Notes: a model not told the origin generated them from the letters alone. 64,000 bases of DNA from Dicyema japonicum (GCA_011109175.1 RDEW01000006.1:483668-547667), one strand, 5' to 3'. Counted from the first letter of the stretch, positions 25,370 to 38,470 are shown. Numbers and translations are program-made.

Positions 25370-25910
25370 ATGGTTTGTGTCAATTAATTATTTTAGTCCA
25401 ATTTTTCACAGGAACGCATTGAAGGTGGTAGTACAGTATATTCTAGAAATCAAGTCAATATTCAATCTCTATGACACTTTGGGGGACGGGAAAATGGACC
25501 TGACTTTTGTCAAAGATGTTATCCACGTTTTAAAAATTAATCGAACCCTCGAAGAAATAAAGAAATGCACGGAGTCATTCGATGGAACCCGAATCTCCTT
25601 CGACGAATTCTTCCCAATTGTCAAATCGCTTTCAAAGAATGTACGTAAATGTGTCTCCCGTGATTTTATTGGTGTCTTTAAAATGTACGACATGGACAGT
25701 TCGGGGAAAATATCAATTGCAGAATTAAGGAGTTTGCTGACCTCACTCGGTGGAATGTTGATTTAACCCTGGCAGGTGAACCTCTCAGTTTGGATGAATT
25801 TGACGAACTCATTAAGCCATATTCTTCCTGTGGATACGTTGAGTACGAGAGTACGTTTTGTTAACATTTAAGAATTTGTCAAAGAAATATTGGCAGCCAC
25901 GACTGAGTAG
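25370..25910 (+). CDS. Myosin essential light chain-like EF-hand protein, 5 exons
   Basis: The ATG is followed directly by an intron. Introns of 24, 22, 26 and 22 nt give MSNFSQERIEEIKSIFNLYDTLGDGKMD...FIGVFKMYDMDSSGKISIAELRSLLTSLGEPLSLDEFDELI...GYVEYEKFVKEIL. Confidence 0.88.
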
Positions 25911-25949
25911 TTTAGGAAATATTAATTTGATGGGATTTTATCACTAATC

Positions 25950-26648
25950 TTAAATATTCTGTGTTCTCAGGTTGATGACTTTGTAGGCGGAGATTACTAT
26001 GTCCCGTATAATAAGTACCTTGCCAAGGAGCACGTGCGCGATAACACAGGCTTTATTAAAAACAGTGAGATTGATTCTAATTAAGGGAATGGTTGAGATA
26101 CTGGAGGAATAAGCTAGAAATCGATTTAAGAGGCTGGGACGTCGGGGTACACTAAGAAGCACGACTTATGTGAGGCCCAGTGGCTTGTCCAGTTGATCTC
26201 CTTTGTAACCGTGAGGGGTAATGCTACGTCGATTATTTTTTTAGCAAATGAAAAAAAAGTAAAATTAAAAATTATATAATTTTCATTTTTCGGCCAGCTT
26301 TCACCATATAACAACTCTTCCCGATTCGTTTTAAGTTCGTACCCCAAAAATTTGCTTTTTTTGCAAGGGTCGGAAACCCAACTTGCGAACCGCACCAAAA
26401 ACCTCCAAAGAATTTGAATCGTACAACATTTTCAGTGATGTAAATGCTTGCATTTCAATCAAATTATCTTTATCCTCATCTCTATCGCCCATCTCTATTT
26501 TAAGAAAATGGGTTAACAATCCAGGTATCCGAATCTTTAATATTTCCAATTGAAAAATATCCACCAAATGAAAGTTTAAGCCTTCAAGATGATTGTTGCT
26601 TTCTGTTTTAATAATTTTATCAAAAGTCGAGTTGGATTCAATAGCCAT
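25950..26648 (-). CDS. Unidentified multi-exon gene
   Basis: Three overlapping same-strand ORFs (26331..26648, 26126..26398, 25950..26162) in the pattern expected from microintrons or frameshifts; no family recognised. Confidence 0.4.
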
Positions 26649-26659
26649 TTAATTAGTGT

Positions 26660-27230
26660 TCGAAAATAGGTAAAATTCCTCGAATGAAATTCACGATTTT
26701 GACACACTTATTTAAGACATCTTTTAACTTTATCTGCAAAGACTTCGATACAAGTGCATGCCGATGAAGGATCCGGATAGTAACTGTTACATCTGGAACA
26801 TGTTTTCTCAAAAGGGCTGCAAACCCCGACCTGTTCCCAACATAACAGGAAAACCGTCCGTGCAAATTGACCCTACAATTTCCAATGGAATATCATGTTC
26901 ACCAAAAAAGTCTCAATTATATGGAAAACGTTTTTTTGCAGAGGCTTCCGGTTCGAGAGGTTTGGATCCAGAACTGTTTTTACCATTTCCAATGAACACG
27001 GTTAATAAGAGTCTCTGCAATATTATGTGGCTTCTTTGATTTCGTAACTTCATATGCTACCTTGAATGACGCCAAAAGTAACCTCTGAGAATGATGTTGA
27101 ATGCGCTTTGTAGATTACTTTCATGATGCTCTCCACGACTGATTTTTGAAGATAAACAAGTAAAGACAGAACCACCGTTAAAAAGAATCACGGAAGAAAG
27201 CTGGGGGTGAACAAAGTCGGCTACCTATTG
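26660..27230 (-). mobile_element. hAT/Buster transposase internal fragment
   Basis: CTDG..MLGNRSGFAALLRKHVPDVTVT...HRHALVSKSLQIKLKDVLNKCVKIVNFIRG, typical of the ZBED5/SCAND3/Buster catalytic region; frameshifted. Confidence 0.8.
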
Positions 27231-27600
27231 GGCGACTCTCAATTAAAGAAATGAGCTGCTGTCTTCAAGATTAGGAGAATTTAGATATCCTGACTAAAGA
27301 ATTCTCATTTCAAAACAAATTCGCCCTTCTTTATAATCCATCATCTTTCTCTTAAAAATAAGCAACTGCAGCTTAGTAGTCATGCCCACTACCAACCAAA
27401 CAATTTAAGTCTTTCGGTAAGGGAGAAAGGTCGGGTCCGCCAGCTGCAGTTGTAGGCAGGTTTCTCAACGAGCAGGTGATCAACACGAAAACCTGGGATC
27501 GCCCGCTTCTTCCTGTTACGTTTTTGTTAACCACCGGTTCCTGGGGGTTAATGAATAAACAACCATGACAGCTACATAATTTAAGACTCATAAACAAAAA

Positions 27601-28508
27601 TCACATATCATCAGTACGAATACGATAAGCCACAGCCTTAATGGCCACTCTGTCAGCCATATTCTGAAGGAATCTCCTCTCATAACCATTCGACCTGTCG
27701 ACCCCATCCCATCTAACTCCAGGCTCAATCCCATATCTGTTTTCATACCTCTGTCCAACCATCTTCGGTTTCTCCCCTTCCTCAGATCCTCCCATGAATT
27801 TCAGCATTGGATCTTCCTCAAGCATCCTCTTCTTCAGTTCCTTGTTCAAATCAGAATCTTCTATAGAACGGGCCAACGGTTTTCTGATCTCACGCCTATC
27901 AGATTTGTTTTCCTTGATTCTGTCGTCAAGTTGCTTAAGTCCCAACCCCCAGAGGGCGTATTTGTCCGCAATCTCGGCTTCCCTTTTCTTTTTCTCCTCT
28001 TCTTTGGCTCTTTCAACCTCCATGTCCTTCTTTTTCAGACTTTTCCGGTCACGGAAGATAACCTCCGTAGGTTTTTTGGACGGATCATCGTCAACCTCCT
28101 CTTTTACTCGCCTTAAAGGGGATATGTCATCGTCTCCAAACCGGCCCCTTTTCAATGGAGTTACCTCAGGCGCTGAATCTGATAAAACCTCTTCTTTTAC
28201 TAAAATAGGTTCCAGGAGATCGGATGTAGGAAACGTTTCAGTTCCAATGGTCTTCCAATAGTTTGAAGGAAATTCAATTTTGGGACCGATTTCGACTATT
28301 TGGGGGTCATCGTCATCACTGTCTGGTATATCATCCTCGATGAATGCGGGAGCTACGACTTCGTCTTCATCGTAAATTAAAAGTCTAGAGAATTGTAATT
28401 AAAATCATTACTTTGAATTATTTTTACGGACTTTTCTTTTTTCTTTGGCTTAGTCTCGTCTTTGCACATATATTTCTTTAAATACTCTTTTAGAGGAATT
28501 GACGACAT
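27601..28508 (-). CDS. BUD13: Pre-mRNA splicing factor BUD13 (RES complex)
   Basis: C-terminal EEDPML...NRYGIEPGVRWDGVDRSNGYERRF and N-terminal LKEYLKKY; one 27-nt intron near 28386-28412. Confidence 0.93.
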
Positions 28509-28599
28509 TATACCACAAGAACAATAATTTAAACTTGTATTATTGTAAAATTATTTTTGTTTAATTTTATTAATTCATAAAACTTCAAACTATTTTTTG

Positions 28600-29348
28600 A
28601 TTAAACCACTATGACCCCAGACCGACATAAGGGAAATCCTATCCACGTGGAAGAGACTCCTGAATAGCTCACCAGAAGGGACATGTGGTTATCTCGTATC
28701 TATGATGGTTTTTAAGGTATTTGTTCATGGTTTTATAGAAGGGATTGTTAGGCAGAGTGGCTCTATTTTAACCCGGTGGTAACTCTCGTCAAGATTAGTT
28801 GTGGATTCCTACACCGCTATTTATATGGTTGAAGGATTCTTTATAACTATGTACCTTCTTCGTATCCTAAAAGGCGTTGTGTGATCCCCTTTTTCAGAAG
28901 ACGCCCAGTACTGACCGGTATCCAAAAGGAACCTTTCTACACCACTGGAGGAATTCCCACAATGACAGGTATGGATGGAAATGATGCCCGTAAAGATGTG
29001 TCTCACTCAGACTGTGGAACTTGATTAACTCGATATATCCAAGATTTTTAACTTAATAAATTTTAGCTAACGAAGATAACCTGACATGAGGAATTTGTTC
29101 TGGACGATGTGCCGGCGAAATCGACTTTTTCTCTTCCTACCATAATTAAAACCTTTTTTATAGTTTCTAATAAATCTGTCTTGTGAACGTGATACCATTG
29201 TTGCATAATTAAACAAAAGCTGAAGGGAGATGTATATAGGGTTTCCAACCAATAGCGTAACTAAAGTTTTAAGGGTAAAAAAAACGTTTTTTAAACTTTT
29301 CATTTTCAGTGCCTTCTCTGGAAACAAATATTTTTTCCATGCGCTCAA
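28600..29348 (-). CDS. Unidentified multi-exon gene with a hydrophobic N-terminal segment
   Basis: ORF 29067..29348 plus downstream open segments linked by a microintron-like GT..AG; no family recognised. Confidence 0.35.
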
Positions 29349-29714
29349 TAAATTCTCAATTGGATTAAGAAATGCTAAGTAAGGAGTAACGAATGGAGGT
29401 TTGCTGTATCAATCAATTATTTAATGTCGTATAATGATAAATACGTGCATTATCAAAAATAAAGATCGGGACTTCAATTCCCTCTTCAACTGAAAATCAG
29501 ACTCATTATGCGTTTTTAAATGTTCTTGTATCCAAAATTATATATTTTCTCTTATCCAATGAAAGTGTCACTATTAATCTGGAAAGTTACGTTAATGGTC
29601 GAGAAACCCTATAAAAATTGACAGGTTATTTATTTAAAAAAATAAAACATAAATAATTGCTTCTTTTTTTTGGGGGGGGGGGGACAATTTATTAACAAAA
29701 AAGATTTAAATATA

Positions 29715-30060
29715 AATAAAATCCCATTTTCACACGGAAAATCATTGGTCTGTGATGTAACTTATGTGGATATCTTCTCCACTTCGCTCCTTCTGAGATC
29801 TGCTCAGAATCCTGAATCTGCGGCCAACGCAGAAGAATTGGCCAAAAGTCATAAGTTTCCATTGGAGACCGATTCACACTAGTGACTATAGAAACGTCGG
29901 GAGCCTTAGGATCCCTCACTGAGGCCTTTCTGAAAGAAATATCAGGGAAACTAGCAAGCCGAAAAAAAACCCCGCGAATCGTTCTGGCAACGAATCGGGA
30001 TTGCCGTATTACGTGGAAACGTATACACAATCCTATCTGCAAAGGATTGATTACTTAAAT
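29715..30060 (+). mobile_element. CRE-clade non-LTR element, 3' fragment
   Basis: IPFSHGKSLVCDVTYVDIFS...ESAANAEELAKSHK...VTIETSGALG...FLKEISGKL...RIGIAVLRGN; restriction-like endonuclease tail. Confidence 0.7.
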
Positions 30061-30140
30061 CTTTTCTGTTAATAAATTGTTTTCCCCTAAAACATAATTA
30101 ATAAAATAAATAATTAACAGGTTAGTTTGGTTAAGCATAG

Positions 30141-31892
30141 CTACTCTTGTGGTTCGACAAAGTCCTCGAACTCCTCTTTGCAGTAATCCAAATAATTATA
30201 TATTTCTTTGATTCTTTCCCTATTTCTTATGATCTCCTCTTCATTAAGTTTCGTTAGAACATCTTCGAACCACGTGTTTGTGTTTTTCATGATGTAGTCT
30301 TCGAATGAGTCAATTTTCAAGATATGTTGGTCATTCGAGGCCATGGCACTGCTCGTCATAGTATCCTTATCCACAAACACCTTTCTGTCCATTTCAACAT
30401 TATACCGTTTTGATGCTCTCGGCCACTTCTTCGCTCAACTCATTTTTTAAGTATTTTTCCAAAACCGTGAGACCTGTCTCAATTATATTCTCATTGTAGG
30501 ATCCCTGGATCTCCCTGAGTTGGCGCAAATAACCCCGGATTTTTTCAAAGAAGAAATTGATGTTTTCCCGTACATTCAACTCAAACTCCCTGGTGGCGTC
30601 CTAAACATGATTCAATCGAGTTACCTCTATTTGTTCCGTCAGTCTCACTTCTATAATGAACAGATTGTCTTGAAAGTCATCCACCAAGACTAAATATTTC
30701 TCAAACAGCCCATTTCTCCCTGTAATGTCCATGTTTTCATCCAATAAGGACATCATTTGCTGTTTGGCCCCCTCAAAGGACTTAATAATCTCTATTCCCT
30801 CGAGTCTTGTCTGTCCTTTGACTTCTTCCAAGCATTTTCTGAAGTTAGTTACCTCGTTCATTCTGTTGGTCGATTCAGCCAGAGCAAGTCCACAAATTTC
30901 CTCCACAACCGAATTTACATTCGCTTGAAAACAGAAGTAACCACCAAACGGTACTTTAAATAGATTTCCTCCAGAAATGATATCCCCCGGAATATATTCC
31001 CTTCCACATCCTCAGCGAACATGTCCTCGATCAACTTGCCACCGAAAATAACATCAATGTATGCTTCCTGTTATTCTTAAACTCAAGTACTTTATTAATT
31101 CTGTCCTGATCCTCGGATTGGTTAGCAACCTGATCCATCTGTCTCTGAGTTTGCACGTTGGCCTCGATTTCTTCGACAAGAATGCAGTACTTCTCCTTTC
31201 CTTCAATTCTCTGTCGGGTAATATTATTATTCTACATTTTCCGCAGTGATCATTCTATAATCCAAGTAACGCACTTGGGGGAGAATCGCGGCAACGGCGA
31301 GTTTGTATTCCTCCTTTTGAGCGATTGGGTTGTTCGATAAAATCAAAGTTTTTAGATTTGTGTGTCTTTGGAGATATATAAGCTACATGTGAGGAAATTA
31401 CAACCTGGTTGATGTCCCCCACATTGTTGTCCCCTAAGGAAAAAATAGTGAGCTCAGATAATGTATCCATGTTGTTGATCTCTGTAATTCTGTTTGAAAA
31501 AAGGCTGAGAATCTCTAGTTTCGTGAGTTTGTCCAATCCTTCAATGATTTCAATATTGTTAAACGACAAATCTGCATCACAACAACCCCCACCCAATTTT
31601 TTAAGATTAACAAGTCTGTCTAGTCCGTTGATCTTTTCAATGACATTATTATCCAGTTGTAGGACTTCAAGGCCAGTAAAGTGATCAAGGTTATCTACCT
31701 TCAGTATATCTGTGTGAGGTAAATATACACACTTTTGAACTCCAAACTTATTGTTATGATACACGAATAGTCGAGATCCTCAGAGTTTTTGATTTTTTTG
31801 AGCATCCCTGTCGGGCCTCCCTCTTCAATAGCCTCAAACAGCATTGATTCGTCAATTACAGATGGCTCGATTGCGTCGTAAAGTCGACTCAT
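30141..31892 (-). CDS. DRC3: Dynein regulatory complex subunit 3 (LRRC48)
   Basis: MSRLYDAIEPSVIDESML..., LRRs (LQLDNNVIEKINGLDRLVNL, DLSFNNIEIIEGLDKLTKLEILSLFSNRI) and C-terminal FVDKDTMTSSAMASNDQHILKIDSFED...EIIRNRERIKEI match DRC3 end to end from memory. Confidence 0.92.
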
Positions 31893-31894
31893 TG

Positions 31895-31908
31895 GTTGTT
31901 ATGGCTTT
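31895..31908 (+). promoter_or_regulatory. Partial X-box-like site next to the DRC3 start
   Basis: GTTGTTATGGCTTT: the first 11 positions fit the GTHNYY-AT-RRN consensus, the last three do not. Confidence 0.2.
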
Positions 31909-32469
31909 AATTTTTCCATAGCATTCATTTAAATTATAATGGGCAACCCGGCTATAATCAGAAACCAAGAGTCCATGAAACCCAGTGGCTTCTCCAGTTG
32001 ATCTCTTTTGGTATCGTGAGAGACAACTGTGTTCTAGTGTAAATAATAATAATTTAATAGATTTTTTTGTCTAAATAAATTAATTAAAAAAATAATAATT
32101 TGTCAAAATATGATTTTCATGAAAAAGTAGGTTTCATCTCATATAGTGCCGGATGCTTTCGCTTTAGTCCTGCCTGATTTATCTGCGAGTTCGATTCCCT
32201 CACTGCTACTTACCTAGTCTAAGGATTCCGTTCTGCTAAAAATCTGAGAGGCTCAGGAGACAGGCATCCAAAGAGATCTTTCTCTTTCCTATTTCAGTGG
32301 AGAGCTTCCAACAATGTGAATATGAATTGATGATTGGAAGACAGGTCTTTTAATCCACCCGTTTTGAGGAGGTTTAGAGATAACTAACTCCGAAGTTTAT
32401 GGTCCCTAGCCTTCTACCTTAGTATTACCACGTGGATTCAAATTACATTAAGACGTGAATACCAGTTTA

Positions 32470-33862
32470 TTAGAAACAATAATTAACCAAAGGCAGACAT
32501 AAATTATAAAATGTTGGCTTACTAAAGAAATCTACCCCCTTCCATGAACAATATTCACGCTAGACAATCAATATTACAATTCACATATTTAATGGAGTCT
32601 ACAAAGTGAGGATCCACCACAAGAAGTCGTGACTTTCCCAAATCAACCCCAACTATAGTATGGGCCAAGCTACTCCCACCCATAGTAACCAACACCTCAA
32701 ACCAATCATAACGGGAGATCCATTCTCATTAAAATGAGCAAATATTGATTTGAGGACATTCTTGATCTCCTTCCCCTTGGCCACGTGCACTATTTTATAA
32801 TCAACCTTTAATATTTGAGCAACAAATACGTTGAAGTAATATTTTAGACAAAACCCAACTTCCGTGGATCCAATCCACTCCCGACTGCCAGCAAACTCAG
32901 ATTTCTTGTCTCCCAACTTAACCAGCGTCTATTATTTAAAATCTCTAGTACTCGCTGAATATCCTTGATGGAAGGAATCTTGGGGAACCAGCCATATCCC
33001 TGCAGGACAAACCACGACATTATAGTTTGCAAGGATCTGTAGGCACACCCCCACCCAACATCCTCCTCCCCTCCGCAGTTGTAGTGCCAGTACTCAAAGT
33101 CTCCGCGAACTCCGCGGATAGAAGGCCCATTTAGGGAAAAATCAACATGAGGGGAGATGGGAACTGAGGAAGTCGTAATGAGTGAGTTTCCTCTTCTAAA
33201 AACCGGTATATCATCAGAAAGGGAATATTTTTTACGGAGAGTTTCTCTAACAGACCCTTTAAATAACCCACGTGACTCACTGTAGTATTTGTCATCCTCT
33301 TCAATCTCTTCTGTGTAGCAAATAGAAACGACTTGGTCATTGATGATGAAAAAACAGAATTTCGGAGTCACAAGTGAACCTTCCTCTAAATATTTCTGAA
33401 TAATATGGTTGGCTTCGTCCACTTTCAGGTTCAAACTGTCCAAACACGTGGATAAAAGGCATTCGAGGGATTGTTCTTGTGAAATCATTGCCAGCAATAT
33501 TATATTTAAAGGAAGTGAGTCTTAAAATGATGATAATATAACTCTTAGACTCTCCTGTTGGAGGATTTTCACTCTGGGAGACCAACGTGGCTTCGATATA
33601 TGGCTAGGAGTATGATTTGGCGGTTACAATTCTGTTTCTTAATTTTTTTATTTTCTTAGTCGCTGATATTGAGAGTAATTCAAGAATGGTGGTTTCTGAC
33701 AAGTTCACCTCGCAGTCGATTAAATTCAGCACGATTTGTGAGTTTTTGATTACTTCCTTGACTTTGGCGATTTCTCTTTGAAGTTCTAAGGGTTACAGTG
33801 AACTTACCTTCATTTGTAACAAAGTCCAAAATGAAATTGCACGAAACCAGCAAATATGGCAT
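32470..33862 (-). CDS. UFSP2: Ufm1-specific protease 2
   Basis: GWGCAYRSLQTIMSWF, GSREWIGSTEV, PVMIG..LAHTI, VVDPHF, CSWKG and FYNLCLP (stop 32470-32472). Upstream microexons connect to ATG 33862. Confidence 0.9.
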
Positions 33863-33929
33863 TTTAATTTAAATTAAAATTATTTTCACATTTTTAATTT
33901 TTGAATAAAATCTTAAAGGTGCCTTTACA

Positions 33930-35119
33930 TCGTGCAAAAGATAATTATAAATTCTGTTATCTGATTGATGCAAGCTCGAGATGAGACGTTTTTGATATAC
34001 GGTGGGTTTCTATGGAGGAATATAGACGCAGGATGGTGCGACTGGGATCACCTAATAGTTTTCTTGATCTTTTCTTGTCTTTCTTTCAGGGGGACCCCAT
34101 GTTCCTTAAATAAAAAAATTCCTAGGATTCCTTTTTGCTCTGTGACTTCTTCAAATACTAAGAGGCGTTATATGATCCACTCTTTAAGAAGACGCCCAAT
34201 GCTTGTTCGGCTTACTAAAAGGATCTCGCTTTTCCCTACTCCACTGAAAGGATTCCCACAATGGTGGACATGGATTGACTTGGAAAGGATACGTCACACT
34301 CTGACCACGGGAACTGGATATACCTTAATTAGACGTTAATTAATTCTTAACCTCTTTTCGGTACATCCCGGGTTATTAAATAAATATACCCCCAACTTAT
34401 TATATTATCTAATAACCAATTAGGCCACAAGACCCCCTTCAATTTCCCTGCAGCACTAGATTCAAGTGAGTGATCTATGGGAGTGTCTGGTTCATAGGTT
34501 TCCTTCACATGAACGGACAGGGTATAAATTATGGCCTTATTTCCCTGAAGGATGAATTGTGACGTAACTATCACACGCATTGTATATGTCATACCATCAC
34601 GGATCACTATCCTTTTTCCCCACAGATGATACAAAGACTCCTGAAACATGGGAGACTCTCCCTTTTTTCGACATGTCTTAAGTCACGTTAGATTAAAATG
34701 ATGTTCGACAATTGTGATAGTATGCTCTCCCAGACTTATCTCGAATAGACGACAGAAATATCGGATTCGGGGAGACATGGTTAGCTTAGGCCTTCGACCT
34801 TAACAAAACCAATTTAAGCTTTAGCATTCTATCATCAGTCCAACAATTTATAGCCATGACTACCAATTTACTTGTGAATAAGATATCTTTGACTTGAGTA
34901 AAGGAGGAATTGTATTTTTCAAAAAATTATCATCATTTGTCCGGATGGCGCAGTGTAACGAGGTCGGGGAAAAGCCTGATGGTCCCCTAGCTCGATTCTC
35001 GCTGCTGTACATTCCGGCTGAAAGTTCCACGCATCTACGATTTTTGGTGAGGTGGTGACGTGCCTCGTTTCTTCTCTGTACAATGGGTAAGAAAAATGTC
35101 TAAAAAGCAGAAGATACAA
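33930..35119 (-). CDS. Candidate unidentified multi-exon gene
   Basis: Same-strand ORFs 34919..35119 and 34347..34649 with microintron-like junctions; no family recognised. Confidence 0.3.
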
Positions 35120-35134
35120 GAAAATATGCTTTCC

Positions 35135-36005
35135 CCAGAGCTTCTTACGTTTAATGCTAGAGAATATCTAAGCCTCAGTCAAGAAATACTCTCTGTGATG
35201 ACCTAGAAAGATACAACGTTTCTATTGGCTGTATACAAGATACGGAAATTACTATCTCGATGAAAACCATTGAAAATATCGACTAATATGCCTACCCAGT
35301 GACTCAATACACTATGGTCTTGGATTTGCCATTCACAGAAAAGTATCATCTGACACCAGTCGCATTTGTCGGGTGAAGACAGGATCTGTGTAATACAGAT
35401 CCGTCTGAACAACCAATGTTCTCCTAAAAATAAAATAACAATTATAAATGTATATGCACCACACTGTAGAAGAGTGGCAAAAAACCCGACCGAACTGGAT
35501 GAATTCTACTCAGCATTATCAAAGCCGTATAATGAATATGAGTCGTCCTCACTTATATTCATTGGAGAGGCTAGACTCGTTTCACAGGAATCATATAAGA
35601 ATCATAACTGGAATGTCCTGGCCATCCAAGATCTTGCGGAGAGGACAGTACAATAAGTGTGATTGTACACCATTAAGTCTCGAGATCATTAGCTCTCGTT
35701 GGAGACATTTTAAACACGTCCTGAGGTTGGACCCGACACTCCCCCCGAATACCGCCATGGAAGATTACTCCTCCTCCCTTGTAAAAAGCTTTCGAGGAAG
35801 ACCGAGAATAACACTCCCGGTCGTTTTACAAAACGATCTGAAAGCCGTACAGAAAGCATTGGAATCTGGCGACAACTTGGACACACTGAGGGATCTGGCT
35901 AAGAACAGAAAAGCCTGGAAGAAACTAACTCTTTCTCTTATATTTTTTGCTGCACATGTGGTGCTATAAATATTATGGCTCTCGTGAAAGTGGTAATAAT
36001 AATAT
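35135..36005 (+). mobile_element. Internally deleted RTE LINE (APE N-half joined to post-RT C-terminus, TAA tail)
   Basis: LLTFNAR...YRLICLPSDSIHYGLGFAIH...DRICVIQ...IINVYAPH...LIFIG is followed at ~35567 by RLDSFHR...RWRHFKHVLR...RGRPRITLP; GTAATAATAAT tail at ~35994-36003. Confidence 0.8.
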
Positions 36006-36164
36006 TGATTTTGTTGCTGGAAATTAGCGGTCATCTATTAGACAAGAACCGAAGATGATGCTATTTCGTGCCAGCAGTTAGCTGGTCGATTAAAAATTGG
36101 TATAAACGCTATTTAATATTTTTATCATTAGCCCAAGAACACCAACATTTAATTACTAAATTAA

Positions 36165-36650
36165 TTAAGTGATCTCGAAGGCCTCAATCAGAATTCTCAT
36201 TTTCTCTTTGCGCCTTCTGAAATCCAACACAACTTCTCTGTGGGTGGGGTGGTTTTGGGAATAGGAATTGGAGAGGTACATCCTTCTCATAAGACACGTC
36301 GTGGCTTTGTATTGTTGAGAGTTGCACTGCCTGTACAGGGTAGCAAATCCCTTTCCATTTTGTCGGATAAGGTCTTCAAGTGATAAGGGTATTAGTTTTT
36401 TTAATTTCCCGAGATTACTGATAGTAGTGGCTGTTAAGGCCTGAATGTCCCGGATTCTTTGTTTGTTCGTCCAGAACAGATTGATTCCCCATGACGTACA
36501 GGCATAGCTGACAGATGGCTCAATGAATTGTTTGTACAGCAACTTCAAAGCTGGGAAAGAGGTTTTAATGCCACGAAAATAGTTTTGATTATACCTAGCT
36601 TTCTTGAGCAGCCTCCAGAGACATCGTCGACGTCTTCAAACCCTCACTGA
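36165..36650 (-). mobile_element. Degenerate LINE fragment (post-RT region, Jockey/I-like)
   Basis: KLLYKQFIEPSVSYACTSWG resembles the 'LYK.FIRP.L.Y...W' motif after LINE RT domains. Confidence 0.45.
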
Positions 36651-36900
36651 CATCTGAATATGAGATAAAGTTAATCGGCTGTGTTCTCTTCTAGAAAAAT
36701 TAATGCTATTTAAGAGCCAAAAATAATTTACGAAATAGCCAATTTGAGGGTGGACTGTATTATTATCCTTTGTGCGAACAGTGACATCACACCACAATAT
36801 GATTTAATTGGGAAGCATTTAAATGCTAATAAATGATTAATATTGAATGTTTGCCCAGCTTGTAAGGTCTATCATTGAAGAAAAGGTTATGTGCACTTTA

Positions 36901-38088
36901 ATGGCAGAAACATTTCTTTGCCGATCATAAAAAAGTCACAGTCGGATCGGTGGGAATGTATAACATTGGCAAACCGATCGGATCTGGAGCTTCAGGACTA
37001 ATCAGGAAGGGAGAACATGTTCTCTGTAAAGGTTGTGAGATCCTGACTAATTTTCAGTGGAGGTGGCTATCAAAATAACAACAAAGGCCGCAGTTGGGGA
37101 TGATGTTGTCAGACAGAACCTAAATGAAGCCAACATAATGAAATCTCTGGATCATTCCAATGTTATCCGATTTTACGAGGTTGTGGGTGCAGCCTTAACT
37201 ACAGGCATTTGAGACTTCCACTAAAATGTACTTGGTTATGGAAATCGCAACAACGTCGTTGGCCTCCCTGCTTAACAGCAATAAACCGAAACTTAGTTCA
37301 GAGACAGTCAAAGACTACTTCATCCAAATTATAGCGGGGGTACAATATTTGGTCACGTGTGTGCTTAATTATAGCACGACAAAGACATCGTTCACTTGGA
37401 CCTCAAACCAGGAAATATCCTTGCGACTCATATATCCTCCAAAACAATTCTAAAATTAACTGATTTTGGCATCAGCATTCAGCTGGAATATTCATTTCAA
37501 CTCTTAACACAATATTCCGGGACTTTGACTTACATGGCTCCGGAAATAATCAAAATGGTTCCTTACGAAGGGAAACAGGCCGATTTGTGGGCTCTGGGAG
37601 TGATTCTGTACAACATGGCTTGTGGGAAGAAACCTTTCTATGACGAAAATGAAGAGATTATAAAAGTGTTGATTCTCAGAGGAGACTATGTAGTCCCATA
37701 CAACATGGCAAGCTGGGAACGGGAAGTTATTACAGGATTATTAAGGGATGACCCAGAAGAAAGAATAGAACTTGCCAAAATCATGGACCTTCTAAAGAAT
37801 AGCATGAACATGACCACAAAGAATAAGAACAATCTAACAGTTCATAAACTGGAGGATGAGTTGTACGCCAATAGTATGATCAGCCAGTATGGAGTGGATT
37901 TCGAGACTTTGAAAAAACGGAAAAAAATTGCTGACCCTAGAAATTCCGTCGCAGGTCTCTACCAAATTTTGTTACACACAAGGGAGAAGAGTCGACTTGA
38001 GAAGGAAATCACCAAGGAAACGAACATTATGGAGAGTAAAAAACACCCAACGAAGAACAAAGTAAGTTCATTTTGCGCCATTATGTAA
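36901..38088 (+). CDS. NIM1K: NIM1K-like AMPK-family Ser/Thr kinase with C-terminal CaaX
   Basis: IGSGASG, VAIKI, HLDLKPGN, DFG, GTLTYMAPE, DLWALGV. The tail DPRNSVAGLYQILLH...SSFCAIM* resembles the NIM1K tail (DARSSITGVYRIILH...KFCSIL, recalled). The start is uncertain (36901 or 36956). Confidence 0.8.
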
Positions 38089-38470
38089 ATATCACCTAAT
38101 ATTTTTTCTTTCACATATTTTAATGAAATTATTATTTAATTGAACACCTGCTTTCATCCGCCACCAAGGAGGAAGACAAGGGCTCTTGTCCATCACAAAG
38201 CTAGGACATCACTTGAACTTTCTGATCAATTAACCACATGGGAGACGAGTCAGATTTTTTAATAACCCGGAAATATCTGAATGAGGTTTACCCAGTTTCC
38301 TCGGACGCATCCGTTCCAAGCATCACGTCCATTTGTATTGTAGGGACCAAAGAGAGATCATTTTAATGCCAGCCAGAAAATGGGCATCTCCTAAGTTAGT
38401 AGGATCCCATGACGCCTCCTATAAATTAGAGGAAACAAAGAAGACTAAGGAATCATTCTACTAAGTAGAT

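Noticed and set aside
32140-32200. tRNA gene suggested by GAGTTCGATTCCC (also GGTTCGAAT near 53868)
   Set aside because: No acceptor-stem pairing or cloverleaf could be built; at most decayed SINE heads.
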